DNA from: Gaiellales bacterium
GTDB lineage: Bacteria; Actinomycetota; Thermoleophilia; Gaiellales; Gaiellaceae
Length of the DNA stretch: 64,000 nt
NCBI GenBank assembly: GCA_046330385.1
Contig: JAXLSV010000007.1
Location: forward strand, 44,718-108,717
Reading direction: 5' to 3'
Shown here piece after piece: positions 38,569 to 46,557 of this stretch. A program made the translations under genes and the position numbers. Within the stretch, counting starts at the first letter, position 1; each line of letters starts with the position of its first letter. Under the pieces are notes generated by a model. It searched no databases. It saw only the letters and a list, made by a program, of their open reading frames with translations, and was not told where the DNA came from.

Positions 38569-38946
38569 TCAGTCGCCGAGCCAGACCACCGCGTCCCCCT
38601 CGACGTCGAAGCCGACGAGGTCGGACTGGATGGTTGTGCGCGCCGGCATCGGGTCGGAGAAGAAGCTGCGGTACTCGGCGTCCATCTCGTCGAAATGGGC
38701 CATGTCGCTGATGTACATCCCCACACGCACCGCGTTCCGCAAGGACCCGCCCGCGGCGCGCGCGACGGCGTCGAGGTTGGTGAGCACCTGCCTGACCTGC
38801 TCGGCGATCGTCGACCCGACGCGAGCTCCGGCTGCGTCGTACGGCCCCTGGCCGGCGAGGTAGAGGAAGCCACCTGCGACGATGCCCTGCGAGTAACCCC
38901 CGGAGGGAGCGGGCGCGTCACCAGAGAGAACGGGAGCGCGTGACAC
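38569..38946 (-). CDS. RidA-family enamine/imine deaminase
   Basis: YSQG, LYLAGQGP, PARTTI (catalytic Arg), VEGD; AAGGAGG RBS precedes GTG 38946. Confidence 0.85.
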   Translation of the reverse strand: MSRAPVLSGDAPAPSGGYSQGIVAGGFLYLAGQGPYDAAGARVGSTIAEQVRQVLTNLDAVARAAGGSLRNAVRVGMYISDMAHFDEMDAEYRSFFSDPMPARTTIQSDLVGFDVEGDAVVWLGD

Positions 38947-38947
38947 T

Positions 38948-39145
38948 TCAGCCTTCCTCCTTTGCCCCGTAGCGCGGGAGCCAGTAGTCGAGATAGAGAC
39001 GCTCGTGGTCGGGTGAGCAGAACATCCGGTCGTGACCGTTGACCTCGGCTCCCCAGTATCGCGCCGCGATCGGGTGGCCGCACAGGTCGCAGCATTCGCG
39101 GTTCGCCCGCAGGTAGGAGATCTCGTTCGGCTTCCACCCGCCCAT
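38948..39145 (-). CDS. Small Cys/His-rich protein (TRASH/zinc-finger-like), 65 aa
   Basis: CCDLCGHPI...FCSPDH. It exactly fills the gap between flanking genes with 1-bp spacers, has a GGAG upstream, and is not Arg/Ala-rich like shadow ORFs. Confidence 0.7.
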   Translation of the reverse strand: MGGWKPNEISYLRANRECCDLCGHPIAARYWGAEVNGHDRMFCSPDHERLYLDYWLPRYGAKEEG

Positions 39146-39146
39146 C

Positions 39147-40865
39147 TCAGCCGAGCTCCCCCGTCAGCCCGTAGACGGCGCGGGCGGCCCCCTCGCTGAC
39201 GAAGCCCTCGCCGACGTCGCGCCGCACGAGCTCGCGATCTCGCGCGAGCGGGTCGCCGTAGCCGCCGCCGCCGGGCATCAGGATCTTCACCTGGTCGCCC
39301 GCATGGAGGGTCACGCCGGAGAACTTCGACGGTGACATCGTCCCGAACTCCTCGACGAACGTCCGCCACTCACCGGCGCCCGACCGCCGCACCCAGAGGC
39401 CGCCGACGGCGCCCTCGCCGCCGCCGAGCACACCCCAGGGCTCGGTCTTCATCCGGTTGAGCAGCGCGCTGACGGTGACCTCGGGAACGGTGACAGTGAA
39501 GATGCGCTCGCCGCCGAGCCCACCCCGGAACTCGCCCGGCCCGCCCGAGTCGGTGACGAGCCGGTACGACTCGATCCGGAACGCCGGGTAGCGCGTCTCG
39601 AACACCTCGACCGGAGTGTTGCGGCAGTTGCCGTTGATCGTGACGACCATGTTGTTGCCGTCGAGCCCACGCCGACCGCCCCAGCCGACGCCCTCGAAGT
39701 GGAAGTGGGCGTACGGCTCGTCGGTGCGAGGATCGATCCCGCCGAAGAGGAACGGCGACGAGGTCCCGCCGCACGAGGCTGCGACGCGATCGGGGATCGC
39801 CTCCTGGAGCGCACCGAAGATCATGTCGGTGATGCGCGGGCTCGTCTCGGTGTTGCCACCGGCGACCGGAGCCGGGAACGCGCAGTTCACGATCGTCCCC
39901 GGCGGGGCGATGATCGTGAACGGTCGGTAGCAGCCCTCGTTGCGCGGGATCGTCGGGTCGGTCAGGTGCAGGAACGCGTTGTACACCGCCGACGCGGTGA
40001 CGGCGTAGATGGCGTTCACCGGCCCGACCGCCTGCGGCGCCGAGCCGGTGAAGTCGGCGATCACCGAGCCCTGGTCGATCGTCAGGGTGAGCACCATCGG
40101 GTAGCTGCCCTCGGAGATCCCGTCGTCCTCGATCGCGTCGGTGAAGGTGTACGTCCCGTCCGGGATCGACTCGATCTCGGCCCGCATGCGCCGTTCGGCG
40201 ATCGCCATCAGCTCGGCCGACGCGGCCCGGAAGAACTCGAGGCCGTAGTCGGCGACGAGCGTGTGGATGCGCCGCTCGGCGAGGTCGAGCGAGCCCATCA
40301 TCGCGCGGAAGTCGCCGAGCGTCACGCGCGGGGTGCGGTGATTCGAGAGGATGATGCGCCAGACGTCATCGACGTCCTCGCCGCGCCGCTTGATCTTCAC
40401 CGGCGGCAACAGCAGCCCCTCCTGGTAGATCTCGGTGGCGTCGCCCGAGAGCCCCCCGGGGGTCTTCGCGCCCACCTCGGACATGTGCGCGACGTTGGCG
40501 ACGAACGCGATCAGCTCGCCCTCCCAGAACACGGGCTTCAGGAGCATGTGCTCCGGTACGTGCCCCGAGCCCCGGTACGGGTCGTTGTGAAGCACGACGT
40601 CGCCCTCTTCGAAGGCGTCGAGCCCGAGCTCCTCGATCGTCCAGTCGACCGTGAACTTGATCGTGCCGATCTGGGACGGACAGAATTCCGCCTGCGCGAG
40701 GAGATCGCCGGACGGACCGAAGATCACGCACGAGAAGTCGAGCGACTCGTTGAAGATCGGCGAGTAGGCGGTGGTCATCATCGTCACGCCCATGTCGCGA
40801 CAGCAGCTCGTCAGGTAGTTGTCGACGACAGTCAGGGCGACTTGGTCGAGGCGCGGGCCACTCAT
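39147..40865 (-). CDS. Hydantoinase B/oxoprolinase subunit, copy 3
   Basis: TAYSPIFNESLDFSC, HNDPYRG, EIYQEG, DSGGPGEFRGG, PGGGGYGDP. Confidence 0.9.
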   Translation of the reverse strand: MSGPRLDQVALTVVDNYLTSCCRDMGVTMMTTAYSPIFNESLDFSCVIFGPSGDLLAQAEFCPSQIGTIKFTVDWTIEELGLDAFEEGDVVLHNDPYRGSGHVPEHMLLKPVFWEGELIAFVANVAHMSEVGAKTPGGLSGDATEIYQEGLLLPPVKIKRRGEDVDDVWRIILSNHRTPRVTLGDFRAMMGSLDLAERRIHTLVADYGLEFFRAASAELMAIAERRMRAEIESIPDGTYTFTDAIEDDGISEGSYPMVLTLTIDQGSVIADFTGSAPQAVGPVNAIYAVTASAVYNAFLHLTDPTIPRNEGCYRPFTIIAPPGTIVNCAFPAPVAGGNTETSPRITDMIFGALQEAIPDRVAASCGGTSSPFLFGGIDPRTDEPYAHFHFEGVGWGGRRGLDGNNMVVTINGNCRNTPVEVFETRYPAFRIESYRLVTDSGGPGEFRGGLGGERIFTVTVPEVTVSALLNRMKTEPWGVLGGGEGAVGGLWVRRSGAGEWRTFVEEFGTMSPSKFSGVTLHAGDQVKILMPGGGGYGDPLARDRELVRRDVGEGFVSEGAARAVYGLTGELG

Positions 40866-42898
40866 GCCGACGCCCCCGTCTCGATCACGAGCGCACCCTG
40901 CTCGTGCAGCTCCACCGTCATCCCCGGCTCGACGAGGGTCGTCGAGCCCGCCTCCTCGACGAGCGCCGGGCCTGCGATCGTCTCGCCGATCGCGAGCGAG
41001 CTGCGGTGGACGACTGTGGCGTCCATGAACCCCGTCCCCCGGAAGTAGACGGGTCGCGTCACCGGCGGCGAGCCGGCAGGCTCGTCCCGGTACGCGAGGT
41101 CGAGGGCCGGACGCCGGCCGATCGCGGTGACCTTGAACGACACCAGCTCGACCACCTCGCCTTCGATCGCGTAGCCGTAACGCTCGGCATGGAGGGCGTC
41201 GAACCGGCGCAGCGCGTCGGCGAGCCCGTCGTCGTCGAGCACGCCGCCCGCGATCTCGACCTCATGCTCGTAGTTCTGGCCGAAGTACCGCATGTTGATC
41301 GCCCGCCGGATCTCCGGCTCACCCTGGTACCCCTCCTGCCGCAGCTCGTCGATCGCGCGCTCCGTGATCCGGTCGAACTGCCGGTTGACAAGGGCGGCGT
41401 CGACATCATTGGAGCGAAACGCCTGCGTCCACACTTTGTCGACGCGGATGTCTGCGAGCAGGAGCCCGAGCGCCGAGAACACCCCAGGGAAGCGCGGCAC
41501 GATCACGCGCGGGATCCCGAGCACGCGCGCGACCGACGCGGCATGGAGCGGCCCGGCACCGCCAAAGGCGAGCAGCGAGAAGCGCCTGGGGTCGTGGCCG
41601 CGCTCGAGCGACACCATCTTGATCGCGCTCGCCATGTTCTCGTTCGCAATCTCGAGCACCGAGGCCGCGAGCTCGACAGGCTCCATCGAGACCCGCCCGG
41701 CGAGGCGTGCGAACGGCTCATCGAGCAGCGTGCTCTGCAGCTGCATCCGCCCCGCGAGGAAGTACCCGGGGTCGAGCCGTCCGAGCAGCAGGTTCGCGTC
41801 GGTCACGGTCACCTCGGTCCCGCCGCGGCCGTAACAGATTGGCCCGGGCTCGGCCCCGGCGCTGCGCGGCCCGACGCGGAGGAAGCCGCCGGCGTCCACC
41901 CACGCGACCGAGCCGCCACCTGCCCCGATCGACTTGATGTCGATGAGCGGCACCGCCGCCGGCAGCCCCCACTCGATCTCGTACTCGGTCGTGTGGCGCT
42001 GGCGGCCGTCGACGAGGATCCCGACGTCGGCGCTCGTCCCGCCCATGTCGAGCGTCAGGACGTTGGGCTCCCCGAGCGCCCGAGCGACGTGCTCGGTCGC
42101 GGTCATCCCTCCGGCCGGACCGGACATGACCGTCTGGACCGGTGACTCGCTCGCAGCCGACGCGAGCATTGCGCCACCGTTCGACTTCATGATCGTCCAC
42201 TCGCGAAGCATCCCCACGTCCCTGAGCGCCTGCGAGAGACTCGTGACGTAGCGCCCGAGCAGGGGCCGGAGGTAGGCGTCGGCGATCGTCGTCGACGCGC
42301 GCTCGTACTCACGCCAGATCGGCGCGACCTCGTGAGAGACCGAGACCGGGAGCTCGGGCAGCTCCTCGGCGAGGATCGACTTGACCAGCTCCTCGTGCTC
42401 GGTGCTGACGTAGGAGAAGAGCAGGCAGACCGCGACCGCCTCCACGCCGGCCTGACGCAACTCGCGGCAGAGCGCCCGCACCTCGTCGGCGTCGACCGGC
42501 CGCAGCTCCTCGCCGTCCGCGCCCATGCGCTCGTCGATCCCCAGGCAGAGCCTCCGGCTCGAGACGAGCGGCGCCGGCTTCTGCCAGCGCAGGTCGTAGA
42601 GCACCTTGCGATTGATCCGCTGGATGAACGGCGTGTCCTCGAACCCACGCGTGGTGAGGAACGCGACCTTGCAGCCGGTGCGCTCGATCAGCGCGTTCGT
42701 ACCCACCGTGGTGCCGTGGGTGAACGTCGCGATCTCTCCGCCGGCGATCCCACCCTCCGAGAGCGCGTTGACGATCGCCTGCCCGGGGTTGCTCGGCATC
42801 GAGGAGGTCTTGAGCGAATCGATTCGGCCGGTCGCAGGGTCGAACGCAACCAAGTCCGTGAACGTGCCGCCGGTGTCGATGCCAATCACGAGCCCCAT
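40862..42898 (-). CDS. Hydantoinase/oxoprolinase A subunit, copy 3
   Basis: GIDTGGTFTD, HGTTVGTNA, MSGPAGG, DMGGTSAD; ATG 42898. Confidence 0.9.
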   Translation of the reverse strand: MGLVIGIDTGGTFTDLVAFDPATGRIDSLKTSSMPSNPGQAIVNALSEGGIAGGEIATFTHGTTVGTNALIERTGCKVAFLTTRGFEDTPFIQRINRKVLYDLRWQKPAPLVSSRRLCLGIDERMGADGEELRPVDADEVRALCRELRQAGVEAVAVCLLFSYVSTEHEELVKSILAEELPELPVSVSHEVAPIWREYERASTTIADAYLRPLLGRYVTSLSQALRDVGMLREWTIMKSNGGAMLASAASESPVQTVMSGPAGGMTATEHVARALGEPNVLTLDMGGTSADVGILVDGRQRHTTEYEIEWGLPAAVPLIDIKSIGAGGGSVAWVDAGGFLRVGPRSAGAEPGPICYGRGGTEVTVTDANLLLGRLDPGYFLAGRMQLQSTLLDEPFARLAGRVSMEPVELAASVLEIANENMASAIKMVSLERGHDPRRFSLLAFGGAGPLHAASVARVLGIPRVIVPRFPGVFSALGLLLADIRVDKVWTQAFRSNDVDAALVNRQFDRITERAIDELRQEGYQGEPEIRRAINMRYFGQNYEHEVEIAGGVLDDDGLADALRRFDALHAERYGYAIEGEVVELVSFKVTAIGRRPALDLAYRDEPAGSPPVTRPVYFRGTGFMDATVVHRSSLAIGETIAGPALVEEAGSTTLVEPGMTVELHEQGALVIETGASA

Positions 42899-42917
42899 TT
42901 CTCGACCTTCTCCTCGT

Positions 42918-43670
42918 TCAGCCGCCGGCGCCCGCGCCCGAGTCACGGAGATCGTGAAGGTCGGCCTGCGACGCCCACGCGAGGTGCTCGCGCATCGCCT
43001 CGGCAGCCGCCTCACCGTCGCGCTTGCCGATCGCGTCGGCGAGCTTGCGATGCTGCCGGGCGACGTCCTTGAGCTCGGCGGGCCCCAGCTTCGAGTACCC
43101 CCACAGCGTGCCGAGGATCTCACGAATGTCGCGGCTGACCGCGAGGACGACCCGGTTGCCGCCCGCTCTCGCGACGAGATTGTGAAACTCGCGATCGGCC
43201 ACGAGCACGCTCCGCGTCGCGCCGTCGCTGGCGGCGATCTCCTCCATCTCCGTCGCGAGCCTGCTGAGCTCGGCGACCTCCGCGTCGGTCGCGTTGCGGG
43301 CCATCAGCGATGCGGCATGGGGCTCGATCAGCATCCGGAACTCGTAGAGGTCGTGCAGGAGCGGCTCCGCGCGCCCCTCGCGCCGAAGCGCCTCCTGGAC
43401 GGTCGAGCTGAGGATGTCCCACTCCTCCGGCGGCAGGATCTCGGTTCGCTTGCCGTGCTGGACGGAGACGAGGCCGAGCATCGCGAGCCCCTGCACGGTT
43501 TCGCGGGCAACGGTGCGGCTTACCGCGAACCGCGTCACGATCGCCTCGGTCGAGGGGAACTTCGAGCCGGGCTCGAGGCGCCCGGACACGATCTCGGCCG
43601 CGAGCAGCGTCGTCAGCTGCTGCGAGAGCCGTTGCGGCTCCTTGAGGCCGTCCGCAACGTCGTCAAGCAC
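42918..43670 (-). CDS. GntR/FadR-family regulator (wHTH plus FCD)
   Basis: FPSTEAIVTRFAVSRTVARE HTH, ADREFH, HRKLADAI...MREHL; GTG 43670. Confidence 0.85.
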   Translation of the reverse strand: MLDDVADGLKEPQRLSQQLTTLLAAEIVSGRLEPGSKFPSTEAIVTRFAVSRTVARETVQGLAMLGLVSVQHGKRTEILPPEEWDILSSTVQEALRREGRAEPLLHDLYEFRMLIEPHAASLMARNATDAEVAELSRLATEMEEIAASDGATRSVLVADREFHNLVARAGGNRVVLAVSRDIREILGTLWGYSKLGPAELKDVARQHRKLADAIGKRDGEAAAEAMREHLAWASQADLHDLRDSGAGAGG

Positions 43671-44586
43671 TGGTGATCGGCTCCTCCGCCGGGAACCCGA
43701 GGGCGAGCAGATGACGCTCGAGCAGCCCGCGCGACGCCTCGGGCAGCGGTGTCGCCGGGGCTCGGAGCAGGGTGTGCTCGAGCACCCCGCGGCGGCGCAG
43801 CACGAGCTTGGCGCAGGCGTTGTAGTGCTCGACGGAGTGCTGCATCTCGAAGACGAGCATCGGCAGGAGGTCGGCGAAGAGCGAGTTCGCCTGGGCGCTG
43901 TCCGCTGCCGCCTCGGCCTCGTAGACCGCGACCAGGCGATCGACGAGGTCGGCGCCCGGGATGATCCCGGTCGCACCGGTCCGGATGCAGTCGAGCAGGT
44001 AGACGCCGCCGTCACCGCCCCAGATCGCGAGGTCGGCGCCGAGCCTGTCGAGCCACCCGCTCATCTCAGCTGGGCCGGCCTCGAGCTTGACGTGCCGGAC
44101 GTTGCCGGCGCGCTCCGCGACCCTGGCGACGAGGTCAGGCCCGAGACCGACGCCGAGGTACGCCGGGGCATCCTGGATCATCACCGGCGTCGAGACAGCG
44201 GCGGCGACGCGAACGAAGTAGTCGACGAGAGCATCCTGCGAGAGCCCTGGGCTGACGGGCGCCGGCAGGACGATGCAGTCGGCGCCTGCGCGCTCGGCGT
44301 GCTGCGCGAGGACGATCGAGGCGGAGACGCTCGGTGCCCCGGCGCCGACGAAGACCGGGGCGGCGCCGGCGGTCTCGTCGATGATCACGTTGGTGAGCTC
44401 GCGCCGCTCGTCCGCCGTCAGCCTCAACACCTCGCCGGCGAGGCCGAACGCAACGATCCCATGCGCGCCGCCGTCGAGCACGAACCGCACCACCCGCCGT
44501 TGCGCCTCATAATCCACCGCGTCGTCCGGCGTGAACGGCGTGCAGATCGCGGGGAAGATTCCCCGCCAGGTGTCAGCCCGCGGCAT
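43663..44586 (-). CDS. DapA/N-acetylneuraminate lyase-family class I aldolase
   Basis: AICTPF, GLAGE, VMIQD, HVKLE (Schiff-base Lys). Confidence 0.85.
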   Translation of the reverse strand: MPRADTWRGIFPAICTPFTPDDAVDYEAQRRVVRFVLDGGAHGIVAFGLAGEVLRLTADERRELTNVIIDETAGAAPVFVGAGAPSVSASIVLAQHAERAGADCIVLPAPVSPGLSQDALVDYFVRVAAAVSTPVMIQDAPAYLGVGLGPDLVARVAERAGNVRHVKLEAGPAEMSGWLDRLGADLAIWGGDGGVYLLDCIRTGATGIIPGADLVDRLVAVYEAEAAADSAQANSLFADLLPMLVFEMQHSVEHYNACAKLVLRRRGVLEHTLLRAPATPLPEASRGLLERHLLALGFPAEEPITSA

Positions 44587-44600
44587 TGGTCAATCGCTCC

Positions 44601-44629
44601 TTGAGCGTCGTTACTCAATAACATATCAT
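44601..44629 (+). promoter_or_regulatory. Divergent promoter region: TTGAGC-N17-TATCAT with inverted repeat TTGAG-N8-CTCAA
   Basis: AT-rich 55-bp gap between the DapA-like gene and the SDR. Confidence 0.5.
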
Positions 44630-44641
44630 CCGAGATTACAA

Positions 44642-45406
44642 GTGGACCGACTCACTGACAGGGTCGCGATCGTGACGGGGGGAGCGCGCGGGATCGGGCG
44701 CGCCATTGTCGAGCGCCTCGCGGCCGAGGGCGCCGCGGTCGTGTTCTCGCAGCGCGCGACCGGCGAGGGTGAGGCGTTCGCGGAGTCGCTTGTCGCCTCG
44801 GGTCACCGGGCGGTGTTCGTGCAGGCCGACGTCCGGCGCGAGGACGATGCGGAGCGGCTCGTCGCCGAGGCGCACGCCCGCTTCGGCCGCGTCGACATCC
44901 TCTGCAACAACGCCGGTGTCGGGCTGCTCAAGGCGGTGACGGAGACCGAGCGCGACGAGTACGACACGGTGATGGACACCAACGTGTGGGGCATCTTCAC
45001 GTGCTCCCGCCATGCGCTTCCCCGGATGATCGCCTCGGGGGGCGGCTCGATCGTCAACGTCGGCTCGGTCGCAGCATCGGTCGGGTTCGCGACCGACGCC
45101 GCCTACTGCGCCTCGAAGGGCGCGGTGCATGCGCTGACCCGCCAGATGGCCCTCGACTACGCCACTCACGGCGTCCGCGTGAACTGCGTCGCACCGGGCT
45201 TCATCGAGACCGAGCAGGTGCGCGTGTACCTCGAGAGCCACGCCGACCCTGTCGCCGCCCGGGAGGAGGTCGTCGCCGCGCATCCGCTGGGGCGGCTCGG
45301 CCGCCCCGACGAAGTCGCCGGCGTGGTCGCGTTCCTCGCGTCCGACGACGCGTCGTTCGTGACCGGTGCGTCGTACGTCGTCGATGGCGGGCTGCTCGCG
45401 TGGTAG
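44642..45406 (+). CDS. Short-chain dehydrogenase/reductase
   Basis: TGGARGIG, NNAG, YCASK; GTG 44642. Confidence 0.9.
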   Translation: MDRLTDRVAIVTGGARGIGRAIVERLAAEGAAVVFSQRATGEGEAFAESLVASGHRAVFVQADVRREDDAERLVAEAHARFGRVDILCNNAGVGLLKAVTETERDEYDTVMDTNVWGIFTCSRHALPRMIASGGGSIVNVGSVAASVGFATDAAYCASKGAVHALTRQMALDYATHGVRVNCVAPGFIETEQVRVYLESHADPVAAREEVVAAHPLGRLGRPDEVAGVVAFLASDDASFVTGASYVVDGGLLAW

Positions 45407-45561
45407 CTGCCAGGTGACCCTGACGGACGGAGGACTGGAGTCGCAGTCGGAGCGATCCTGATCGCCTACTCGCCCGTGCCCGAGATCGTCGCGACGATCT
45501 CCGCGTCACCACCGGTTGCTCTGCGCGAGGAGCTCGCGCTCACCTCCCGCCTGCTGGTGTG

Positions 45562-45605
45562 CCCGGCTCCCGAACCCCCAGGAGGGATGGGGATCGGGAG
45601 CCGGG
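45562..45605. terminator. GC-rich hairpin between convergent SDR and PhyH genes
   Basis: CCCGGCTCCCGA...TCGGGAGCCGGG, a perfect 12-bp outer stem with further inner pairing. Confidence 0.6.
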
Positions 45606-45660
45606 AACGCGAGACGACCGTCGGCCCCGGCCCTGGCCGGAGCGCGGTCGCGATCCGTGG

Positions 45661-46557
45661 TCAGAAGGCCGTGTCGATCTGCGGGAAGTGCGGCCCGTGG
45701 ATCGGCTCACCAGGCGCGCACTCGAGCTCCTCGTCGGTGTAGTTGTACGGGAACTTCAGCTCGCCGAGCCAGATCGTCCCGCCGGCGACATAGCGCGGGA
45801 TGAACCCGCGACGTGGGCTCTGGCTCGTGTTCGGGCCGGACGCATGCCAGATCAGGGCGTGGTGGAACCCGCACTCTCCGGCCTTGAGCGTGTACCCGGC
45901 GGACTCGAGGCCAGCCTGCTCCGGCGTCTGCACCTCGCCGAGGCCCGGCCTCTCTCCGTGCAGGAACGAGGAGCCGTCGCCGAACTCGACGGGGAGCTTC
46001 TCGCCGAGGAGATGCGACCCGACCGCGACCTGCATCCCACCGTTCTCAGCGCCGACGTCGTCGAGCGCGATCCAGCACGTGACCGCACCCGGCGTGAGCA
46101 GCGGCCAGTACGCGTAGTCCTGGTGCCAGGCGAGCGGCCCGCCGACCACCGGGTTCTTGACCACCGCTCCGTCTTCCATTAGGACAACGGTCTCGGAGCC
46201 GAGGAGCTGGCGCGCCATCCCCGCGATCACGGGGTTGGAGACGATCTTCCAAAACCGCTCGTCGCGCTCCCAGAGGTTGTAGAGAAACGGCACGGAGTGC
46301 GGCTTCTTCTCGACCTCCTGCTTCACTTCGAGCGCAACGCCCGACCCGACCGTCGCGGTCGAGTGGCTCGAGTCGATGATCGGATCGGTCAGCTCGTAGG
46401 TCTTCGACGTGTGCTGCCCCTCGAGGTGCTCGTCGAGCGCGGCGCGGGCCTCCTCCACCTGCGCGTCGTCGAGGACCCGGATCGGGAACAGGAAGCCGTT
46501 CGTGTGGTACGCCTCGATCTCCTCGGGCGTCAGTGGGTCCGTACGGACCTCGCTCAT
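45661..46557 (-). CDS. Phytanoyl-CoA dioxygenase-family Fe(II)/2-oxoglutarate oxygenase
   Basis: WHQD (HxD), TCWIALDD...NGGM..AVGSH, WHASGPN...RR; ATG 46557 overlaps the upstream stop. Confidence 0.85.
   Translation of the reverse strand: MSEVRTDPLTPEEIEAYHTNGFLFPIRVLDDAQVEEARAALDEHLEGQHTSKTYELTDPIIDSSHSTATVGSGVALEVKQEVEKKPHSVPFLYNLWERDERFWKIVSNPVIAGMARQLLGSETVVLMEDGAVVKNPVVGGPLAWHQDYAYWPLLTPGAVTCWIALDDVGAENGGMQVAVGSHLLGEKLPVEFGDGSSFLHGERPGLGEVQTPEQAGLESAGYTLKAGECGFHHALIWHASGPNTSQSPRRGFIPRYVAGGTIWLGELKFPYNYTDEELECAPGEPIHGPHFPQIDTAF

Noticed and set aside
37509-44015. Long N-terminal extensions in the ORF track (37509-39137, 38569-39369, 40862-43123, 42918-44015) suggesting fusions or overlapping genes
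   Set aside because: The extensions are off-frame read-through of neighbouring genes; internal starts with RBS or 1-8 bp coupling explain the gene order.
45467-45544. 25-codon minus-strand micro-ORF (MSASSSRR...) in the SDR-PhyH gap
   Set aside because: The GTG overlaps the apparent RBS, it lies downstream of a terminator-like hairpin, and the peptide has no features.
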